From Octopus sinensis (lineage: Eukaryota): a stretch of DNA of 64,000 nt. Below, one piece after another: positions 1 to 10,600 of the stretch (the first letter of the stretch is position 1; each line of letters starts with the position of its first letter). The stretch is taken from contig NC_043012.1 in assembly GCF_006345805.1 (NCBI RefSeq), positions 28,210,001 to 28,274,000 on the forward strand, given 5' to 3'. Under the pieces are notes generated by a model. That model had not been told where the DNA came from and made no database searches. It saw nothing but the letters and a program-made list of their open reading frames with translations. The position numbers and the translations under genes were made by a program.

Positions 1-3000
1 TGCAAAATGAGAAAGGAAAGGAGGAGGAAATTAATACAACAAAAACAAATATACAAGAAAAGATGGGTTTCACGAACGTGTCAAACAAAAGAAAAAATCC
101 ATCACCCCTGACTCCCCACCCGTAACAAAAAAAAAATAACACAGACGAACAAATTAAAAATATTCTCCATTCCCACCCCGGCGGTACTACATTTATAGGC
201 CAGCACTTTAACAAACCCCACCCCCCAACTGTAAAAGGGTTTAAACCCAACGAAAAAATTATAACATACACCACAAGGAACGAGAGAGTAGTAAGATTTG
301 TGCAAGCAAGTCCGCAGATCAGGTGCTACAAAGCGACCGAGAAGGAAGCGGAGTGGCGATATGCAAGGGTCGGCGAAGAAGGATGGAAAGAAAAAAACTT
401 ACAAGACCACGTAAAAGTCGGCTTCATCAAGGATGTCACCCAGGAGGTGAAAACTGGGAAATTATACGTCAGCCCGGCAGCCACACCAACACAGAGCCCG
501 GTGGCAACGCCGGTGAAACGCCCAGCAGCAACGGCGAGTGGGGGAGGGGAGACAGGCAGAAGGAATCTGTCAGGCTCCCTCTCGCAACCGTGAGTAAACA
601 ATTTTCATTTTTCGATGATTAAGTTAGGTTGTATAAATGTGCGTGGAATGGGGTCGAAATGGAAACAGGCTTGTTTTCGGGACGACCTCATTTCACATAG
701 AATCGATGTAGCTATTGTTACCGAGTCCAAGATGAAAGGACCCCAAGCGTTCTCACCACTTCTCAATGGTTACGAGAAATTTATTTCTCCTAGCCGGGGG
801 GGGGGAGGTGCAGGCATGGCAGTTCTTTTCAGGAAGAACTTGGACTTACAGGTAAGTACTGTCTTTCTGGACCCAGAAGGTAGGCTGGTTGTCCTAGATG
901 TGACGCACGCGAGTAAGCAGTCCTTCAGGTTGGTGGCTGTCTACGCTCCTAATGGACGTGGGCAGACCGGTTTTTTTCGGGAACTGGAGCACTTTCTAGT
1001 GACGTCCAAAACGGTAGTCTTGGTAGGGGGTTTCAACACCATTCTCGATGCGCGGGTGGATGGTGTAGGCTCGAGCGATAGGAAGGGGAATCCTGGCCTC
1101 AAGGCTCTACTAGCGAGCTTTTATCTAGTAGACCGTTTTCGACTGGATGAGCCGAACGTTCCACAGTGGACGTGGAGTAATAACGACGGCTCACGCAGAT
1201 CGTACATAGATAGAGTATTTGTTAAGGAACGAGATAAGAATAGTGTTAGCTGTCCACAATTCTCTGTTGTGCCTTACACGGATCACAAACTTGTGACCTG
1301 TGAGGTACAAGTAGATAAATGCCATAGACAAGGTCCCGGGTACTGGAAAATGAACAAGTCTATTTTGACTTGTGAAGCTTTCCGTACCCGGATTAAGGAA
1401 TTAGTACAGAGGGCATTATGTGGCACCATCATTAATAATAGATGGTGGCTCGTCCTCAAAAGAGCCATCCGTTTGGAGTCCATTAGATTTAGCAAGCAGC
1501 TAAGTTTAGATAGGACTAGAATAGAGGGCGAATTAGTTAAGAACTTAGACGAGGCTATGGAATCTGGCTGTGCATCCGGAGTGTTGGCAGCGAGAGCAGT
1601 ATTGTACCGTCACCTCAACGCCAAGCACGAGGGGTGTAGAGTCAGAGCTAAGTTACGTGCAGGAAAACGAGAAGGTATTAACGTTGCCGGATGAGCCCGT
1701 GGTGAGGAGAGTCAGAAGGGCAAAAAGTCCTGTATTATGTCCTTAACTGACGAGCAGGTCCGCAAGATCTATGGAGAGGTGGAGATGCAGAAGGTCCTTC
1801 ACCAGCATTTCGCACGGCTATTTGGGGACGGTGGTCCGCTCGAGCGAGGGGAGACCTTAAAGGACTTCCTAGCCGGTGGGCCTCGATCTCTCCCGCGGAG
1901 GTAAGAGGGGTTTTGGCCGAGTGCGCCGGGGAAAAGTCGCCGGGGTTGGATGGTCTGCCCTATGAATTTTATTGTTGTATGCCGGACTTGTTCGGGAACA
2001 TACTGGCAAGCGTCTATGCAAACTGGCAACAGAATGGGAGGATTCCCAGCTCTGTGAGTCGGGGAGTTGTGACGCTGGTCTAGAAAGACCCCAGCAAGGG
2101 GGACAGTATTAGTAATTACAGGCCCATAACTCTACTTAATGTAGAGTTTAAGATTTTGGCCAAGATGTTAGCAAAAAGGTTGACGGCTGTCGTGGAGAAA
2201 CTTGTCGGGAAGGTACAGACATGTGCAATCCCAGGCAGGTCGATCCAGGATAATCTTCACCTTCTCCGCTACACTATAGATAGGATCGGGAAATTAGACG
2301 GCAAAGGAGGGGCATTGGTCCATTTAGACCAAAGTAAAGCGTTTGATAGGGTAGACCATCGGTACTTGGCGGCGGTCCTCGAAGCGGCTGGGCTGGGTCC
2401 TGGCTTCTGCGGGTGGATCTCAGCTATGTACAGCGGCATCAAGTCCACAGTCCAGATAAACGGTTACATAACGGAACCGTTTTCGATCAAGCGTTCAGTT
2501 CGTCAAGGGTGCCCCTTGTCCCCGCTCCTGTATGTTTTGGCTCTCGAGCCATTGCTACGGAAGCTGGAGAATTTGGGAGGCAACCCTAATGAAATCGGAT
2601 GCGGTAAGTCTGTTTCTGCCTATGCGGATGACGTCACCCTCATCGTGTCCAACGGAACACAGCTACCTCGGGTAGCAGGTGCTCTCCATAGATACGAAGC
2701 GGTGGCAGGGGCAAAAGTTAACAGGGACAAATCCATCGGTTTGCGCCTCGGCACCTGGAGGAACAAGCCGATACCGTCCAGTGTTGTTTGACACTGGACG
2801 GATGGTCCTGTTAAATTGCTCGGAGTCTGGTTTGGTCCAGACTCCCAGACGGAGAAGAATTGGAGCGAGGTAACGAGCAAGGTGGATGCCATAGTACGGA
2901 CGTGGTCCGGAAGGCATCTTTCCTTGAAAGGGAGGGCGGAGGTGACACAGATGTTTATAGCCTCTGTCGTCACCTACCGCCTGACCGTCGTGCCTTGCCC

Positions 3001-4310
3001 CGATTCGTGGTTAAATAAGTTGGAACGACTCCTTTTCCGCTTTTTGTGGAAAGGAGGAAAGCCACTTGTGAGACGCTCCGTGTGTTGCCAGGAACCGCTA
3101 AAGGGTGGACTGGGGATGCCTTGGCTAATGATGCGCAAGCATGCGTTGAGGCTGAGACACCTCTGGTGTTACCTGGAGGATGATAAGGTGTGGAGTTCGC
3201 TGGCAGAGGAATTCTTCCCGCGACCGGCCTCTATGGAGGGATTTACACCCGGTCTCATTAAAGGACGTAACCTGACTTCATGGCAGAAGGAGTGCCGACA
3301 GGCACTCTGGCTGATCCACAAGATGGGCAAGGCCGGCAGCGGGAATACCACCTCGGTGTTCTATAAAGGGCTGGTAGAGGGAAAAAATGACGACGTCCTA
3401 GGAAGGGCTCTGGGGTTCGATGAGGATCAACTCTCCAACCTGTTTAAGAAGACTTTCAGGCCGGGGTATTTGGATACTTACCAAAAATCCCTGACCAGGC
3501 AGTGCTATAGGAATGCATTACCTGTTCGCGAGAAGTTATCCAGGCACGGAATGTCAGTGTCACCGACGTGTCCAAGATGTGGGTTGGACGATGAAACCGT
3601 TCAACACGCTTTTGTACGATGTCGGGAGCTGTCAGGCTTGATAAGTTACGTGGAACACGTGTTGTCGCATCTGGGACGAGTACATCGGCTGGATCTATGA
3701 TTAAGATGATACCGCCAACTGGACTCTCAAAGGAAGGTAAGGCTTGTTTTTACTGTACGGTGACAGTATTGAAAGAGTGTGTATGGAGAACTAGAATGGA
3801 AGGTCTTGTGAAAGGGTCCTTTATCTCTGGCCCCGGTTTGTTAAAATACTTCGGATATCATCTGAAGAGCAAGATGGGGTTGGAGAAGAGGAGCCTGCCA
3901 CAGAAAGAGTATATGGAACGTTGGAAGGATGTGATGAGGAAGGTGGGTGAGAGTAACCCAGCTTAATCATCGAGGAAAGGAAAAGTCAGCTGCTGGGATT
4001 TATAGGCTGCCGGGTTCAAAATTGAAACTGGTACCTCCCATTCCTTTTCACTGTACATAACTGTGTAAAATAAAGAAATTAAAAAAAAAAGAAAACATAC
4101 GCACTAAAAGTTCTCGTGATAAAGGTAAAAGTAAGCCAAGGTTTCGTTTCAAGGCAAAGTAAGCCAAGTTTTCGTTCAAGTTACATAAAATTTTATTTTT
4201 GTAAATTTTTATAATTTCATTCGAACTCGCATAGCATTTTTGTAATTGTTTTGTCCTGTAATGTCCCAATTCTATGTTAGATCACTTGATCATAATAAAG
4301 ATAAATTCAT
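1..4310 (+). mobile_element. L1-Tx1-like non-LTR retrotransposon, copy 1 (5' end outside window; ORF1 C-terminus, disrupted ORF2 APE-RT-zf, 3' UTR)
   Basis: ORF2 pieces 615-1694 (APE: CINVRG, AIVTESK, VYAPN, YIDRVF, TDHK), 2156-2791 (RT: LDQSKAFDRV, QGCPLSP, YADD), 2816-3966 (C-terminal CPRC...ETVQHAFVRC). 1-600 is homologous to the ORF1 tail of copy 2. Premature stops and frameshifts are present. Confidence 0.93.
615..3966 (+). pseudogene. Tx1 ORF2 (endonuclease/reverse transcriptase), disrupted
   Basis: Stops at about 1692 and 2081, several frameshifts, and a 36-bp deletion at 1890/1891 relative to copy 2. Confidence 0.9.
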
Positions 4311-4554
4311 CGAAAACCGGTGTTTTGACTCGTCTAGGGACCCCTCTTTCATCTGCGTATTGCGAAGTTAGCTGCCTATTTTGTTGAGTGGGTTCGTTTT
4401 TTGTTCGTCGTCGTTTGTGTTTGCTCGTGAATTGAACAGTTATCCGTTGTGTGACAGTAATTTTTGCCCTACAGGGCTGAAAATTCTGTGTATAAACATT
4501 GTTATTACCTTCGGGGTAATTTTTTTTGAAAAATTGGTTCTCATAATTTGAGAA

Positions 4555-5990
4555 ATGGAGTTCGACTTGGCGTCGAGGAGCGACTTTCCCGTGATGGGAA
4601 AAGGCGAACAGAAGGATATCGAGGTTAGAAAACAGTATTTTTCGGCCGCAGTGGGCGGAACCGTAACGGAAGTGGAATTCAAAATAGAACAGTTGTTCGA
4701 ATACCGGAACTTGGTCAAAAAGGAAGGCAACGAAATAAAACTGGTACCGCCGCAAGCGATATTACAGGAAATAAAGGCCAAGACAGTTGTATACAAGGTT
4801 TACAGTAACAAAGAGAAAAAAATAATGGACGTGAAGAACGAAATAGTAGAGAAGTGCTTGTCCCCGGTGTGGAACAAAATTCGCTACGTCGGTCGAGGTG
4901 CCCGCAGCGCTACCGTTGAAGCACATTTCGACTCGGCTGATGTGGCAAGAGAGATTTCATCGATGACCTTAAAAAGTGAGGACATCATGTTACTACCTAC
5001 CTATATGGGAAAAAGAACTGCGAAACTATATGTGGAAGACTTTCCAAGAGGATATGATATAATGTGGGTAGCAGCGGCGGTTCTGCACGACGTAGAGCAG
5101 AAAGTCTCAATTCTGCAGATGAAAAGGAAAGAGGAGGTAAACTGGAAGGGACAAGCGCTCGACTCCTCGTTCAAGCAGAAAATAATGTGCTAGAAAACTT
5201 ACCCGATAGGGTATTTATTGAGGAGGGAATTACAATCAGAGTGTCAGTGGAGGGGCGCAGACTTAGGTGTTTCAAATGTGGTGAAAAGGGTCTCGTCCGC
5301 TCGAACTGCATAAAAAAAAAGAAAAACAGCGAAGCCCCTCCTCAAAGTGCTTCAAACACAGAAAAAGAAAAGGCGGAAAAAGACCCCAAGACTGCGACAA
5401 GGAAGGGAATCGAAACGGAAGATAAACATGAACAAATGGAATTTACACAGGTGACACACAAAAGAAAAAAAGAAAATACCCTGGACTCCCCTCCCCAAAC
5501 AAAGAAAAAATCAGCAAACACCGCAGAGATACATACAAAACAAATTCCCCAGCCCTACCCCCACGGCACTGTATTCATTGGAACACAGTTCGCCAAGCCC
5601 CTCCCCATAAAACAAGATTGGAAAAAATTGATTAAAAAAAATGAAAAGATTGTAGCATTCGACGAGAGAACGATAGAGTATTTAAGTATTTAAAATTTTC
5701 AAAACTGAAATTATTCCGTAAGTCTGCAGACACTAAGTCGACCACTCGTTTTGCAAAAATAAAGGAAGACGAGTGGAAGGAAAAAACACTCCAAGAACAT
5801 TTAAAAATTAACCTTATCAGAGACGTAACTAACGAAATACTGGAGGGCAAACTTACTATAACCCCGGCAACCACACCTACCCAGAGCCCGATGGCAACGC
5901 CGGTTAAGAGCCCTGCAGCTACGACCACAAGGGAGGAAGAAGGGGAAGCATGCAGATTTAAACTGTCATGCTCCCTGTCCCAACCGTAAG
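4555..5990 (+). pseudogene. Tx1 ORF1 (gag-like, zinc knuckle), frameshifted
   Basis: ORFs 4555-5193 and 5064-5693 join into one protein with a CX2CX4(H>L)X4C knuckle followed by a Lys/Glu-rich low-complexity region. Confidence 0.8.
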
Positions 5991-6015
5991 TTTATTTTTT
6001 TTTCTCTCTCCGACA

Positions 6016-8902
6016 ATGGCAAAGCTGGGTTGTGTGAATGTGCGTGGAATGGGGTCGAAATGGAAACAAATTTGTCTCCTGAACGACCTCACGACACACG
6101 GAGTGGACGTAGCTATTGTAACCGAGTCCAAGATGAACGGGAACCAAGCGTTCTCGCCTCTTCTAAATGGTTTCGAGAAATTTATTTCTCCTAGCCGAGG
6201 AGGAGGAAGGGGCGTGGCAGTCCTTATCAGGAAGAGCTTGGACTTGCAGGTAAGTACTGTCTTTCTGGACCCAGAAGGCAGGCTGGTCGTTCTGGATGTG
6301 ACCCACGTAAGTAAACAGTCCTTCAGGTTGGTAGCTGTCTACGCTCCGAATGAGTGTAGGCAGTCGGGTTTTTTTCGGAATCTGGAGCACTTTTTAGTGA
6401 CGTCGAAAACGGTAGACTTAGTAGGGGACTTTAACACTGTCCTCGAAGCGCGGGTCGACAGTGTTGGCTCAACCAATAGGAAGGGGAACCCTAGCCTCAA
6501 GGGTCTACTAGAGAGCTTTAATCTAGTAGACCTTAACTCCAAACACGAAGGTTGCAGAGTTAGAGCTAAGCTACGCGCAGGGAAACGAGAAGGTATTAAC
6601 GTTGCCGGATGGGCCCGTCGAGTTGAGAGTCAGAGAGGTAACAAAGCTTCAATCAAGTCTTTAACTGACGAACAGGGACACAAGATCTATGGACAGGAGG
6701 AGATACAAAAGTTTCTTCACCAGCATTTCGCCCGCGCGTTCGGGGGGGGGGGGGGTTCGCTGGAGCGGGGGAGGGCCTTAAAGGACTTCCTATCCGGCGG
6801 ACCGCGGCTCTCGGGGCGGGAGGTGGAATGCTGTGAAGGAGCGATCACTCCCGCGGAGATAGAGGGGGTACTGGCCGGATGCGCCGGGGAGAAGTCGCCG
6901 GGGTTGGATGGTCTACCCTACGAGTTTTATCAAAGTATGCCGGACTTGTTCGGGGGAATACTGGCAGGCGTCTACGCGAACTGGCAGCAGAATGGGAGAA
7001 TTCCCAGTTCTGTAAGCCGGGGAGTGGTGACGCTAATCCAGAAAGAGCCGAGCAAGGGGGATAACATTAGTAATTACAGGCCCATAACTCTACTTAATGT
7101 AGAGTTAAAGATTTTGGCCAAGGTGTTGGCAAAAAGGTTGACGACTGTCGTGGAGAAACTTGTAGGGAAAGCACAGACATGTGCAATTCCAGGCAGGTCG
7201 ATCCAGGACAATCTTCACCTTATACGCTACACCTTAGATAGGGTGGGTAAATTAACTGGCAAGGGCGGGGTAATGGTCCATTTAGACCAAAGTAAAGCGT
7301 TCGATAGGGTAGACCATAAGTACCTGGCGACGGTCCTCGAAGCGGCTGGACTGGGCCCTGAATTTCGCGGGTGGATCTCCGCTATGTATAGCGGCATCAA
7401 GTCCACCGTCCAGATAAACGGTTACCTAACGGAACCGTTTTCGGTCGAATGTTCAGTTCGTCAAGGGTGCCCCTTGTCACCACTTTTGTACGTGTTGGTT
7501 CTCGAGCCATTGCTGCGAAAGTTGGAGAGGCTGGGAAGTAACCCGGATGAGATCGGAGGCGGGAGGACGGTTCTGCTTATGCGGATGACGTCACCCTCAT
7601 CGTGTCCAATGAGGCTCAGTTACCTTGTGTAGAAGATGCTATCAGAGGATACGAGGCGGTGGCAGGAGCAAAAGTTAACAAGGACAAGTCGATTGGCTTA
7701 CGCCTCGGCACCTGGAGGAGCAAGTCGATATCGTCCAGTGCCGTGGACACTGGACAGATGGTCCTGTTAAGTTGCTAGGAGTTTGGTTTGGGCCAGACTC
7801 CCAAACGGAGAGGAATTGGAGTGAGGTGACGGGCAAGGTGGAGGCCATAGTACGGACCTGGTCCGGAAGGTTTCTGTCCTTGAAAGGAAGGGCGGAGGTG
7901 GTACAGATGTTTATTGCATCTGTAATCACTTACCGCCTGACCGTTGTCCCTTGCCCCGATTCATGGCTTAGCAAGTTGGAGCGAATCCTTTTCCGCCTTT
8001 TGTGAAAGGGAGGAAAGCCACTTGTGAGGCGCTCCGTTTGATGCCAGGAACCGTTAAAGGGTGGGTTAGGAATGCCTTGGTTGATGATGCGCAGACATGC
8101 GTTGAGGCTGAAGCATCTCTGGCACCACCTGGAGGGTGATAAGGTGTGGAGTCCGCTGGCAGGGGAATTTTCCCCGAGACCGGCTTCCTTAGTGAATTTT
8201 AAACCCGGTTGCATCAAAAGACGGAATCTGACTTTATGGCAAAAGGAGTGCCGACAGGCACTCACGCTGATCCACAAGGCGGGCAAGGCCGGCTGCGGAA
8301 ATACCACCTCGGTATTTTATAGCAGGCTGGTAGAGGCAAAGAACGACGACGTCCTAGGAGGAGCTCTGGGGTTCGACGAGGACCAGCTTACCAACCTGTT
8401 TAAAAAGACTTTCAGAACGGGGTATTTGGATAATTTCCAAAGATCCCTGGCCTGGCAGTGCTATAGGAATGCTTTACCTGTTCGCGAGAAGTTATCGCGG
8501 CACGGAACTTCAGTGCCACCGACATGTCCAAGATGCGGGTTGGACGATGAAACCGTCCAGCACGCTTTTGTACACTGTCGGCAGTTGTCAGACTTGATAA
8601 GTTACGCAGAACACGTGTTATCGCATCTGGGACGAGTACAGATGATACCGCCAACTGGACTCTCGAAGGAAGGTGAGGCATGTTTTCACTGCACGATTGC
8701 AGTAGTAAAAGAATGCATGTGGCGTACAAGAATGGAAGGAGTCGCAATAGGATCCTTTGTCTCAGGCCCCGGCTTGCTCACTTACTTCAGATATCATCTG
8801 AAGAGCAAAATGGGGCTGGAAAAGAAGACCTTACCACGAGGTGTGTATGAAAAAAGATGGAAGGAAGTGGCGAAAAAGGTGGGTGTCAGAAACCCAGTTT
8901 AA
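6016..8902 (+). pseudogene. Tx1 ORF2, disrupted, lacking 160 codons of the APE C-terminus
   Basis: LVD|LNSKHEG junction at about 6531 removes the equivalent of copy-1 positions 1134-1613. Further frameshifts and stops at about 7570-8040. Confidence 0.9.
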
Positions 8903-9376
8903 CTATGGATGGAGAAGAGGAAAGGAAAGCTGCTGGGCCTTATAGGTTGCCGGGGTTTAAAATATATCGGTAAGATTTCAATCTAATGTAATGTTATATT
9001 AGTCAATGCAAAGGACAATTTAAATACAGTTTTTTGTATAATGAATAATCCATATATTGTGGAAATTTTTAAACGAACCACTTGACTGTTTTTTGTATGT
9101 ATGTCCTGTATTGTTCTTCTATGTACTGATTTTATAATCGTAATAAAGAATTAATCATGAACCGGTGGTTACCGCCCGTTGATAAGAGGCAATAACATCG
9201 AAACCGCGGTCAGGTGCGTATCACTTAGGCTTACGAGAAAGGGATGGCCTCCCTTTGCAAATACCATAAGGGTACAGATAGTGTACCTAAAGCCAGCTGG
9301 AGACGATGATCTCCTGGGGCTAGAAAGCTGCAGTAACAGCCCCCTTTGTGGTTAGCCATATTGAGATGGCTATTAT

Positions 9377-9379
<3 letters not shown>

Positions 9380-9428
<49 letters not shown>

Positions 9429-9460
9429 ATTATAATAATATATAGTAATAATAATAATAG
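9380..9460. repeat. (TA)n/(TAA)n microsatellite
   Basis: Direct reading. Confidence 0.95.
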
Positions 9461-9479
9461 ATAAAAAAAAAGACGAAAA

Positions 9480-9646
9480 CAAAGGACCACTGATGCGGTC
9501 ACAGGAGTGTGACGAAAGAACTCTGGCCGAAATAAGATTAAGATTAATGTAAAAAATAAATTACACTGAAGCAAAATAACACCAAATATATAGTGCGTGT
9601 GTTTTTATTGGCTAAACTGGCAAAATGACCATTCCGAAATATAACA
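9480..9646 (+). repeat. Dispersed ~167-bp repeat (second copy at 13426-13592), possibly a PLE terminal fragment with a hammerhead-like motif
   Basis: Two near-identical direct copies, both ending in (TA)n. Contains CCA-CUGAUGCG-GUCACA/UGUGAC-GAAA-GAACUC-UGG. Confidence 0.75.
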
Positions 9647-9663
9647 ATATATATATATATATT

Positions 9664-9735
<72 letters not shown>

Positions 9736-9736
9736 T

Positions 9737-10528
9737 CTCTAGTTTCAGCTCAGAGCTGCGGCCATGCTGATGCACCGCCGTTTTGTGCAACACTGTTATT
9801 GCGAAGAACCTCGTCTAATATGTGGCACTTAGTGAAGAATGGAGTTTGATATATCTACTCTCATTTGTACCTCTTGCCGTGAGGTAGGTTCATCTGGGAC
9901 TCTCGACAGGAAGATGTCCAGCTTTGATTTAAAAACCGCTACATCTACTCTGTGCAAGTTCCTCAGACTCTTTGGGAGAATATTAAAAAGCTGTGGGCCC
10001 TTGAAACCCAGGCTGTTGCAGAAGCTGGTCCTGAAGCGTGATGGCATTGCTGGGATCTTTGGCACTATGCAGTGTCGTCCTGTTCTAGCATTGATGTAGC
10101 TTACAATGCCAAAATTTGGCACAATTCCTTCCAGGATTTTCCAGACATATATTACTGCATACCTCTCCCGTCTTCTCTCCAGGGAGTAGAGTCTTAGCTG
10201 TTTCAACCTTTCCCAGTAGCTGAGCTGTTTCAAAGAGACGATCTTCTTGGTGAATCTTCTCTGGATTGCTTCAAGATCCGCTGTTAATTTTACACTGGTG
10301 GGTGACCATAGCTGTGAGCAGTAATCCAGGCGGCTGAGGACGAATGTCCGCCAGAGGACCATCATGGTTTCCTTATCTCTGGTTCTGAATGTTCTTAGGA
10401 TCCACCCAGCCAGTCGTCTGCACTTTTTCGCCATCCTGGAAAGAGGTATCATCACTCATGTCGATACCCAGGTCCCTCACAGACTTAGGCTCTGGGATTG
10501 AAATTCCCTGTGGACCGGTGTATCCGGT
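9737..10528 (-). mobile_element. 5'-truncated CR1-group LINE (ORF2 C-terminus, short 3' UTR, poly-A)
   Basis: ORF 9829-10455 (RLDYCSQLWSP, LEAIQRRFTK, LYSLERRRER). 3' tail at 9737-9782 is followed by an A-run (T-run 9727-9736 on +). Confidence 0.88.
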
Positions 10529-10600
10529 AAGTTTAATATTCAGTTTTGGATGCTGGTATGTATGTACATGTTTATATGTATATATGTATATATGTATATA

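Larger units (their letters stand above)
4322..9150 (+). mobile_element. L1-Tx1-like non-LTR retrotransposon, copy 2 (5' UTR, ORF1, ORF2 with internal deletion, 3' UTR)
   Basis: ORF1 from 4555 with degenerate zinc knuckle CFKCGEKGLVRSNC. ORF2 from ATG 6016 to 8902 is clearly homologous to copy 1. 3' UTR shares gctgctggg..ttatagg.tgccggg with copy 1 and has AATAAA near 9143. Confidence 0.93.
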
